A stretch of 64,000 nucleotides of DNA, from assembly GCA_963737905.1 (NCBI GenBank), contig CAVTUQ010000019.1, positions 128,001-192,000 of the forward strand, read 5' to 3'. Under the pieces are notes generated by a model, which worked only from the letters and a program-made list of their open reading frames with translations, was not told where the DNA came from and made no database searches. Position numbers and translations under genes: made by a program. Of the stretch, positions 55,176 to 64,000 are shown piece after piece (position 1 is the stretch's first letter; the number at the start of each line of letters is the position of its first letter). This DNA is from an uncultured delta proteobacterium (lineage in GTDB: Bacteria; Desulfobacterota; Binatia; UBA9968).

Positions 55176-55730
55176 ATGAGAATGAAACATGTGCTTCGCC
55201 TGATACTGGTCGTTGCCCTCGCTGGCTGCGCTCCCTATGCGCTTGCGGTCAGGGAAACCTATGACGTCGCCACCGACCCCCGCTCGGTGCTGACCCAGGC
55301 CACGGACACGCAGGCAGAAGTGCAGATCAAGGCTGCCCTCCTGGCCTCGCCGGTGAAGGGCACCAGCGGGATCGACGTATACTGCCGCCAGGGAGTCGTG
55401 GTGCTCGTAGGCGTCGTGCCACCGGGCTCACAAGCGGGTCAGGCGGCGGTGGCGATCGCGCGCCAGACGCCGGGCGTGAGACGGGTCGAGACGTATTTCG
55501 TGCCCTCTCGGCCCTCCTGGGAGAGCGACATCGCCATTAAGGAACAAATCAGAGCGTCTCTCATTGCGGACCCTGCCCTGATATCCGGCCGGGTCGACAT
55601 CGCCGTCTACGCGGGTCACGTCGTGCTCGTCGGAGTCGTCGACTCCCGTGCAAATGTCCAGAGGTTTATTTCAGACGCAAGCTCGGTTTCTGGTGTCGTG
55701 TCCGTGACGTCATACATCCAGACGGTCTAG
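55176..55730 (+). CDS. Dual-BON-domain lipoprotein (DolP/OsmY-like)
   Basis: AAGGAG RBS, lipobox LAGC, and two D..I...I.A.L...G.VVLVGVV repeats. Confidence 0.88.
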   Translation: MRMKHVLRLILVVALAGCAPYALAVRETYDVATDPRSVLTQATDTQAEVQIKAALLASPVKGTSGIDVYCRQGVVVLVGVVPPGSQAGQAAVAIARQTPGVRRVETYFVPSRPSWESDIAIKEQIRASLIADPALISGRVDIAVYAGHVVLVGVVDSRANVQRFISDASSVSGVVSVTSYIQTV

Positions 55731-55802
55731 GTGATTGTGTCCATTTTTACGGTTTCCGATTTCGACAATCGGAGTTTCGGACTTCGTCTTCCTCTTCCCT
55801 CG

Positions 55803-55822
55803 TATTGGACTAAAGTCCAATA
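55803..55822. promoter_or_regulatory. Palindromic operator, NarL/DosR-family-like
   Basis: TATTGGACT-AA-AGTCCAATA with perfect 9-bp arms, about 90 bp upstream of the 55909 gene. Confidence 0.55.
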
Positions 55823-55908
55823 GACAGGGTTTCAATTGTTTACTAGAAAGAACTCTAACGATTCCTCAATCGTGACGAGAAAATAAGCGAAGGGAGTTCA
55901 GAAATATT

Positions 55909-56691
55909 ATGGTTATGATTTCGAATATCGTTTTAAGAAAAGAGTTTGTGGCCCTGGTTGTAGCTTTGCCGGTGCTACTCCTCCAAGGATGTCTTGCCAC
56001 GCAGGATTGGGTGAGGGAACAACTAACACCGACTGAAAGTCGGGTCGGTACACTGGAAGGGCAGTTGAAACAGATGTCAACTCAGCTATCCGCCACCGAG
56101 AATCGGCTCACCAGCGCGGAGGGTCGCATCAGTCAGGTGGATGCCAAAGTCGATGAGGTCAGCATGAAGGCCGACAAGGCTTTAAATAGCGTGGCTAATC
56201 TTCGTTTGGAGCGGAAGCTCTTGCTGGATCTCAAAGATGGCGCGTTTTATCCCTCGAACTCAACGGTGCTAACGGCGGCGGGAAAGCACAACATCGACGT
56301 ATTTCTGAGCGATATCAAGACTGACTTTGCTGAGAATAGTAATGTCGTGCTTGTGGTTGCCGGTTATACCGACAACACCGGAACTGCGGAATATAATTAC
56401 GAGTTGGGGCTTTTGCGAGCCAGGGGGATCATGAAGTATCTGACCCTTGAGAAAAATGTCAATCCGGCGCGGGTAAGCTCGGTATCTTATGGCGCCACTG
56501 CGCCGGTGGGGGACAATAGCACCGCCAAAGGGCGTGAACAGAACCGGCGCGTGGAGATTCGCGTCTACACCGAATCGATCACCACCGCTTCTGCCACAAC
56601 CGCGGCACAACCTGCCGCAGCTCCTACCGCTGCACAAGCTCCAAGAGCTGTGACAGTTCCAAAAACTGCAGCAGCTCCAAAAGCTCCATAG
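55909..56691 (+). CDS. OmpA-family lipoprotein with an N-terminal coiled coil
   Basis: Lipobox LQGC, a heptad region, GYTDNTG...YN..LG..RA, NRRVE and an A/T/P-rich tail. Confidence 0.88.
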   Translation: MVMISNIVLRKEFVALVVALPVLLLQGCLATQDWVREQLTPTESRVGTLEGQLKQMSTQLSATENRLTSAEGRISQVDAKVDEVSMKADKALNSVANLRLERKLLLDLKDGAFYPSNSTVLTAAGKHNIDVFLSDIKTDFAENSNVVLVVAGYTDNTGTAEYNYELGLLRARGIMKYLTLEKNVNPARVSSVSYGATAPVGDNSTAKGREQNRRVEIRVYTESITTASATTAAQPAAAPTAAQAPRAVTVPKTAAAPKAP

Positions 56692-56877
56692 CGCTGAGCT
56701 GCCAGAGTCTTCCCGGTTTGATGAGGTTACAATGAGAGGCTGAAAGTATTCGAAGCTCGAAATCCCAACTGCGAAAGTGTTTGGAAGGAGCAAACGGGCT
56801 TAACCGAGAGCTTTCCTAAAATTTCTGTTTCCTCTGCTGCCTGCTGTGAAGAAGCGGCGAATTTCCCCCCTCGCATC

Positions 56878-57516
56878 TCAACATTTTTCGCCGCAGGCTT
56901 GCGAGCTATTGCGACCGGAAACCGCTTTTTCCTTCATGTTGCGGAGGAGCTCTTCGTAGGATGACTTGCTGATCACCCGGTTGAATTGGGAACGGTAGTT
57001 GTTCACGACGCTGATGTTCTCGATGACGACGTCGTAGACTTTCCAATCTTTACCTACAAGACGGAGCCGGTAGTTGATCGAGTAGCTGTCTTCGCCTCTG
57101 GTCGTTAGCGTGGTTTGCACTTCGGCGCTGTCTTGTTCTAGGAGCTCGCGGTTATAGGCGACCTTATCACCGCTATAGGATTCGATGGTCCCAATGTAAT
57201 TGTCCTGCAACAAGTCGGTAAAGATATTAATAAACTCCTGCTGTTCTGCGGTGGTCCGACGGCGCCACTCGGGACCCAGGGAGCGCCGTGCCATCTCGGC
57301 AAAATCAAAGCGCGCAAAGATGACTCGCCGTAGTTGGTCGCGGCGTTCTTTCTGTTTGCCCTCCGTCTTGAGGGACGAGTCCTGCAAAATGGCGATAACC
57401 TGATCGACCGTGCTGCGAACCTGTTCCGTTGGAACGCCGGCGTTAGCGGCGGTCGCGCGAAAAATCGCCGCAAGACCAATAATTATTAAACCCCTCTTGA
57501 TCACATACTGAACCAA
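56878..57516 (-). CDS. mlaC: MlaC/Ttg2D phospholipid-binding periplasmic protein
   Basis: FDF.EMARRSLG..W, INYRL and WKVYDVVIENISVVNNYRSQF. Confidence 0.9.
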   Translation of the reverse strand: MVQYVIKRGLIIIGLAAIFRATAANAGVPTEQVRSTVDQVIAILQDSSLKTEGKQKERRDQLRRVIFARFDFAEMARRSLGPEWRRRTTAEQQEFINIFTDLLQDNYIGTIESYSGDKVAYNRELLEQDSAEVQTTLTTRGEDSYSINYRLRLVGKDWKVYDVVIENISVVNNYRSQFNRVISKSSYEELLRNMKEKAVSGRNSSQACGEKC

Positions 57517-57836
57517 TGCTCTTCTCCCCTTACCGCGAGTTTCGTTGTGACGAATCGTAGCACACGAGTCAGAGTTCCGCCATCATTCCGCCACCTCTGA
57601 GATTAAAAAAATTTAACCCAATGTCTCGAACATTCTTCGTGTCTGCAGGAAGAGTCGGTAACCCAACTACGGTTAACGGTTTAGTCCGAATGTCTGATGA
57701 ACAGCCGGGCAAGCTCAGAGATCTCGCCCGGTACATGATTGAATCTCACCCGGATCGATCTTGGCGCGATCGGACCGGTTTCCGGCACTGCCGTCCTCGG
57801 TGAAGTTGCGGGCGGCCTCGTTATGCCGCTTGGCAA

Positions 57837-58259
57837 TTAAACTTTAGGAGCCAGACCAGCGGCTTTGATTCCTTCAATGGCGCAAACCTCATCCTCATCG
57901 GCAGTGCCGCCGCTGACTCCCACCGCACCGATAATTTCGTTTCCATCCATGATTAACACGCCGCCCGCAACCGGAACCACTTTACCGCCGGACATGTCCG
58001 ACAAGGATCCCAAAAAAGCCGGCCGCTCTTTCAAACGCTCGCTCAATTGCCGGCTGGATTCGCCCATCCCAACGGCTCCCCAGGCTTTGCCGATGGCGAT
58101 GTTTGGTCGCAAAATGCTGGCGCCGTCTTCGCGCTTCAACGCCTTCACGTGCCCGCCGTCATCCAACACAGCGACGCACATCGGCCTGAACTTGGCTGCT
58201 CGCGCCTTGGCGAGGGCTTTATCGATAATCAACGATGCGCTTTCAAGTGTCAGCTTCAT
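57837..58259 (-). CDS. GlcG/HbpS family heme-binding protein
   Basis: VAVLDDGG, IAIGKAW, GGV and GAVGVSGGT.DED. Confidence 0.88.
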   Translation of the reverse strand: MKLTLESASLIIDKALAKARAAKFRPMCVAVLDDGGHVKALKREDGASILRPNIAIGKAWGAVGMGESSRQLSERLKERPAFLGSLSDMSGGKVVPVAGGVLIMDGNEIIGAVGVSGGTADEDEVCAIEGIKAAGLAPKV

Positions 58260-58580
58260 TTTCTATTCCTCCGATGTTTTTTTACTTGAGTCGAAACTTT
58301 GAACCTGGAAATCGCCGACGTTAAGCGACTGGGTCATGGATGTCGTGCTTTTCAAAGGCGCATTTCTTTTCCTCGGCTCATCGTATCGCAGGACCTCGGC
58401 CTGTCTGTCAAGCGCGACATGGATTTACCCTGAGGAGTTTGGCGACAATGGCTATCAGTTCTTCCCGTCTCCGCAATCGGCAGCTACAAAAAGCGGCTGA
58501 AGCGCGAGTCATTAATTGTAGTACTGTCTCGCCGGTCCGTTCCTGAACCGTGCGAAAGTGTTGCGCGTGAAGTTATTGGA

Positions 58581-59816
58581 CTACCTCTCCAAGGTTTCGT
58601 GACCCACGGCTGCGAGAAGAAGGGCGGATAACACAAGGAGCGGCGCGTAGGCAAGAAACGGCACACCCGGGCCGAAACTATCGGCGAGAAAGCCGCCGAG
58701 CAGCGGCGCGCTGACACCTCCCATTTCAGCCATCGTGCGCCGTGCGGCTTGCAGCCGCCCACGGGCGCTTGGCGGCACAACATCATAGGTCGACGTGGCC
58801 AACGATCCCAGCGAAAGGCCGTTGGCAATGCCGAGAAAAGCAAGCAGCACGGCCAACTGGAGGAAAGTCCCAGAAAAAGGAATGAGCAGAAAAGCCAGAG
58901 CAGGAATTCCGGTACTGGGAACGGTTGCCCATTTTCTTCCAACCTTGTCGATGACAAAGCCGGCGGGCAGGATCATGGCGAAAACAGTGAAGCCGAAAAT
59001 CGAAAACAAGAAGCCCACTTCTTTAGGCGTCAGGTTGAGCTGCGAACTGGCATAGAGCGGTACGATGCTCTGGGTTGTGACCCGGTGAACGAAACTGGTG
59101 AACGTGGCAAACACCAACACGACATAGGTTGCCCGCAGTTCCGGTTGAATCTGATGAAAAAGATCTCTCAGGCTGCGCAGCCGGTCGAGTACCGCCGAAA
59201 GCCCCCAGCCCTTTATGGAGTCCAGTGTAGAATGAGTTTCATAAGAGGATCGCGAGTTTTGAACCGAAAGTCCAATGAGCACGGATAGCGCCGCGCATAC
59301 CGCGTAGGCAACGAATATCGCTCTGAAGCCCAGGTTTTCAGTGAGCACGCCTCCCAACAAGGGACCCAAAGCGAAACCCAAGTAATTAACGCCATGAAAA
59401 CCGCTGAGAACTCTGCCGCGCTGGTCCGGCCGGGCGAGATCGATGCCGGCTACCTCGCGGGCGATAACCCAGACACTCTCTGCGACGCCGATCAAGAAGA
59501 CCAACACCAGGATCAAGCCGAACCAGGGCATGCCGGCGGCCAATAGCCCCGCAATGCAACCTAATGCCGGCCCCGCTATCAGCGCGGAGCGCGTGCCCAG
59601 GCGATCGAGGACCATGCCGCTCACGGGCAAGCCGGCAAATCGACCGAACGCCAATGCCGTAATGATTTGCGCTGCGGTGCCGGCGGAAATGCCGAACGAT
59701 TTTGCCACGACCGGAAGGGCGGGAACAATCATCGACCACATTCCTGCCAGCAGTGTGCTGGTGTAGAGCGTGACGAGCCCACGGACCGTGGGACTGGACT
59801 TTAGTGAAAAGATCAT
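58581..59816 (-). CDS. MFS transporter
   Basis: 12-TM pattern with G...DRLG.R and IDKVGRK motif-A copies. Confidence 0.9.
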   Translation of the reverse strand: MIFSLKSSPTVRGLVTLYTSTLLAGMWSMIVPALPVVAKSFGISAGTAAQIITALAFGRFAGLPVSGMVLDRLGTRSALIAGPALGCIAGLLAAGMPWFGLILVLVFLIGVAESVWVIAREVAGIDLARPDQRGRVLSGFHGVNYLGFALGPLLGGVLTENLGFRAIFVAYAVCAALSVLIGLSVQNSRSSYETHSTLDSIKGWGLSAVLDRLRSLRDLFHQIQPELRATYVVLVFATFTSFVHRVTTQSIVPLYASSQLNLTPKEVGFLFSIFGFTVFAMILPAGFVIDKVGRKWATVPSTGIPALAFLLIPFSGTFLQLAVLLAFLGIANGLSLGSLATSTYDVVPPSARGRLQAARRTMAEMGGVSAPLLGGFLADSFGPGVPFLAYAPLLVLSALLLAAVGHETLER

Positions 59817-59908
59817 GCGTGGTTGTGTGTTTGAGAGCGGTCGCGCGTGGTCGGCTCTATATTCGAGGGCGGCTAGGGTAATATTTCCCTGAATGCAATC
59901 GTGTTGTT

Positions 59909-61300
<1,392 letters not shown>

Positions 61301-61440
61301 GATTTGAAGTATCGAATAAAGCGTGAAGATGTCAACTCTTGTGGCCGACCGAGTCATGTAGATAAAATGCCTCCAGAAGTCAGGTCCAGGGTCCGCGATT
61401 ACTGGCAATCCGAAAAGAACGGCATGCACACATCGTTAAA

Positions 61441-61764
61441 ATGACGATTCGGGTTGGAAATTTATTTGCGAATTTGCCGGAGCTTTCCAGGTCGGAGCAG
61501 TTGCTGAGCCTGTTTGAAAACCCCCTCGTCGAGATCCAGCGCATCATTTCGCAATCTCATAGCAGCCCGCCCGGCTTTTGGTATGATCAAAACGAAGACG
61601 AGTGGGTCATGGTGGTACGCGGGGAAGCGACTCTGGAATTTGAAGGCGGAGAGCTCGTGCCCATGGCAGAGGGAGATTATGTGACGATTCCGCGCCATGT
61701 AAAGCATCGAATTCAGCAGACTGGTCCTAAAACGATCTGGCTTGCTGTACATGTTCGCGGCTAG
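61441..61764 (+). CDS. Cupin domain protein
   Basis: SPPGFWYDQ...EWV...G.A, GDYV.IP..KHR and TIWLAVH. Confidence 0.85.
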   Translation: MTIRVGNLFANLPELSRSEQLLSLFENPLVEIQRIISQSHSSPPGFWYDQNEDEWVMVVRGEATLEFEGGELVPMAEGDYVTIPRHVKHRIQQTGPKTIWLAVHVRG

Positions 61765-61787
61765 AGAAAGGCTGGAGGAACCTGTGG

Positions 61788-62264
61788 ATGACGCGCATTT
61801 ACAATAGCATCCAAATCCGGCGATCCATCGAGCAGGTTTTCGATTTCATCACGACGCCGGCAAGCTGGCCGCAGTGGCATCCGGCTTCGGTGAGTGTTGG
61901 CGGCAACGCTGACCATTCTTTGCTGCCGGGCGAAGAGGTTATGGAAAACATTTCCGTGGCGGGTCGTGGTGGGAAGGTCACCTGGTTGGTGCGGGAACGG
62001 AGCGCACCTCATCGCTGGATCATCGACGGCACCGGGAAAGACGGCGGCCGCGCAACGATTACCTATACCTTGACTGAACAGTCGGGTGGGACAAACTTCG
62101 AGCGAGAGCTCGTCTACACGATGCCGAACCCGCTGCTGGCGGTCTTGGATTGGTTGATTATCCGTTCGCGCATGAAGGCGGACTCCATGGAAGCATTAAA
62201 ACGTTTGAAGCGTCGACTTGAATCCAGCGTCGTGAATCCAGTCTTTGTACGGCTCGAACCGTGA
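61788..62264 (+). CDS. SRPBCC/polyketide cyclase family protein
   Basis: I.RS.EQVFDF.T....WPQW; C-terminal LKRLKRRLE; GGAGG RBS. Confidence 0.85.
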   Translation: MTRIYNSIQIRRSIEQVFDFITTPASWPQWHPASVSVGGNADHSLLPGEEVMENISVAGRGGKVTWLVRERSAPHRWIIDGTGKDGGRATITYTLTEQSGGTNFERELVYTMPNPLLAVLDWLIIRSRMKADSMEALKRLKRRLESSVVNPVFVRLEP

Positions 62265-62290
62265 CCTGTGATTTGATACCAACGGTCATT

Positions 62291-62821
62291 TCACTTTCTT
62301 CTTTTTATATACTCCTTAACTTGAAACTCGTAGAGCGCGGAAATCGGGTATTCTTCCAAATTACGAACAGCCTCCTTTGTCTCGGACAAAATGACGACTT
62401 CTTGACCACGATTGGAAGCAAAGAGAAGTTTGATACCGGGCTTGCGGTCTAAAAACTCCCCAACGGCGCGAAGGGTATTGGAGAGACTATATGGATCAGG
62501 CATCGCATTGGGATCATCGCTCGGCTCCTTGCGTTCTTCATCCTGGCGGTCTAACTCTTCCAGGGAATATAAGAACTCCACATTCATTGAAATGCCCTCG
62601 TTCGGCTTCTCGGCAACGCTCGGATTTTCTGGCTCCCTCCATAGCCGCAGAAACGCTGCGAATCCTCTAACCTTTTTTTCTTCCTCTTTCTTGCTCTGGC
62701 TGTCTTCCTTGACTCGGCACCGGACGAGGTAACAGTTGCCGTAACACACCACTTCGTATGTTTCAGGCCGTAACGGCTCTAGCTTCTGCCCAACAACCCT
62801 AAGGATTCTTGAATAACTCAT
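62291..62821 (-). CDS. Hypothetical protein with an internal duplicated motif
   Basis: GAGG RBS; YSRILRVVGQKLE is repeated as LSNTLRAVGEFLD. Confidence 0.7.
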   Translation of the reverse strand: MSYSRILRVVGQKLEPLRPETYEVVCYGNCYLVRCRVKEDSQSKKEEEKKVRGFAAFLRLWREPENPSVAEKPNEGISMNVEFLYSLEELDRQDEERKEPSDDPNAMPDPYSLSNTLRAVGEFLDRKPGIKLLFASNRGQEVVILSETKEAVRNLEEYPISALYEFQVKEYIKRRK

Positions 62822-63250
62822 TGCCTCTGATCAGATAGCTCGTTTACAATGAAGATGCGATTTTCCCTAGACCCGCGTCCGTGCCACCTCTTCTTTGATT
62901 CCGGTTTTTTCAAGAGACTGGCCGCTTCCCGGCCAATAGCGTTATTGTCCCCCCATGGGGTTAGAGCTGTCAACCCGAGATTCGGGTATCGAGATTCCAG
63001 TCGGCACAAATCAGTTGAGGAAGGTGATCTAAGGGCTTTCTTGTTGCGCATCCGTGTGGGAAAATCTAATTATCAAGGAAAACAAGCCTAAACATCTGCA
63101 CCGCCGGGCGACCTTAGCAATTCGAGCCACCTCGAACACAGCGGTGTCCAGACCGGCCCGGCGACGATAGGCAATCGCGTTCCTCGTTTCGAGCAATGTA
63201 AAGCTCGCGTAAAGTTCTCAATTCGAGTCGATCAGAAAAGAGGATCCATC

Positions 63251-64000
63251 ATGCCTTTTTCAGAAATTGTCAAGGCAATCCAATACGGAATGCATTTCAG
63301 GCTTTTTGAGATCAACAGAACCGCGATCACGTTGTCTTCGCTCATCATGTTTTTCGCGGTGATCTTTGTATTTGCTTTGATCTCGAAATTGTTGCGCCGG
63401 ATCGCGGCATCACGGATATTTGCCCATCTGATTGTTGATGAAGCTACGCAGTACACGCTAAACCGCATTAGCCACTATGTCATCATGATCATCGGCGCTC
63501 TCGTTGCCTTTCAGTTCATCGGCATCGACTTGACCGGGCTCGCGGTGATTCTGGGCTTTCTCTCCGTCGGCATCGGTTTCGGTCTGCAAAATATCACATC
63601 CAATTTCGTGGCCGGCTTGATTCTGCTTTTCGAACGACCCATCAAGGTAGGAGACCGCGTCACCGTCGGCGATCAAGAGGGTGATGTGATAGAAATCAAG
63701 ATGCGGTCGACGACCATCCGAACCTTGAATAACATCGCGGTCATTGTTCCAAACTCCAATTTCATTTCGTCTACGGTTGTTAATTGGTCCTATGGCGACC
63801 GCCGGGTCCGGCTCGAAATCGAAGTCGGAGTATCTTACGGTTCCGACCTGGAGAAGGTTCTGCGGGTCTTGAAGGAGGTTGGCGATGAGCACCCCGAGGT
63901 TCTTAAGAATCCACTATCCGAAGTCCTTCACGCCGGATTCGGGAATTCTGCGTGGAATATGAAACTGCGCGCTTGGATTGCTGAACCGCAACGACATCCG
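63251..64000 (+). CDS. mscS: Small-conductance mechanosensitive channel (MscS family), truncated by the window end
   Basis: Missing from the ORF track because it has no stop in the window. Manual translation gives LSVGIGFGLQN..SNFVAGLILLFERPIKVGD, VPNS.F, VNWS and VGVSYGSD. Confidence 0.92.
   Translation, partial: MPFSEIVKAIQYGMHFRLFEINRTAITLSSLIMFFAVIFVFALISKLLRRIAASRIFAHLIVDEATQYTLNRISHYVIMIIGALVAFQFIGIDLTGLAVILGFLSVGIGFGLQNITSNFVAGLILLFERPIKVGDRVTVGDQEGDVIEIKMRSTTIRTLNNIAVIVPNSNFISSTVVNWSYGDRRVRLEIEVGVSYGSDLEKVLRVLKEVGDEHPEVLKNPLSEVLHAGFGNSAWNMKLRAWIAEPQRHP

Noticed and set aside
61301-61429. Extended N-terminus of asnS (also of treS to 49924, M48 to 38568 and DUF3309 to 39506)
   Set aside because: The extensions lack family similarity and overlap neighbouring genes or promoter regions; downstream starts fit better.
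62872-62888. TGGCACG on the minus strand upstream of the 62821 gene
   Set aside because: There is no TTGC or GC at the -12 position.

Overview
Gene-dense 64 kb bacterial window, most likely from a Gram-negative, soil-type Deltaproteobacteria-like organism. The run of orphan NMT1/SsuA-type binding proteins, amidohydrolases and Rieske oxygenases suggests Candidatus Binatia; this is an inference. It divides into four blocks. (1) 1-18.5 kb: a truncated YdbH/AsmA-like gene, an MDR oxidoreductase, a tiny C2H2-zinc-finger gene with a near-perfect sigma54 promoter, and an aromatic-acid-type catabolic cluster (Pht5-like protein, Rieske oxygenase, class II aldolase, amidohydrolases, four permease-less binding proteins, cupin). 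(2) 18.5-27.8 kb: cell-envelope genes (SDR epimerase, HAD-UbiA phosphoribosyltransferase, methyltransferase, TMTC-like GT-C/TPR protein, polyproline OmpA lipoprotein) and glycerate kinase. (3) 27.8-55 kb: an alpha-glucan/trehalose island (GH57-DUF3536, glgC, glgA, glgB, glgX, malQ, treS-maltokinase, glgE). It is interleaved with a PAS kinase, a stand-alone receiver, a GlrR-like sigma54 activator, csbD/DUF3309/sod/M48, a CdaA-YbbR fused diadenylate cyclase and an OprB porin. (4) 55-64 kb: BON and OmpA lipoproteins, mlaC, glcG, MFS, asnS, cupin, SRPBCC, a hypothetical gene and a truncated MscS. Four genes carry single-base +1 frameshifts, probably sequencing or assembly errors. I found no rRNA, tRNA, CRISPR array, transposase or integrase. 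All calls come from reading motifs by eye; no database search was run.
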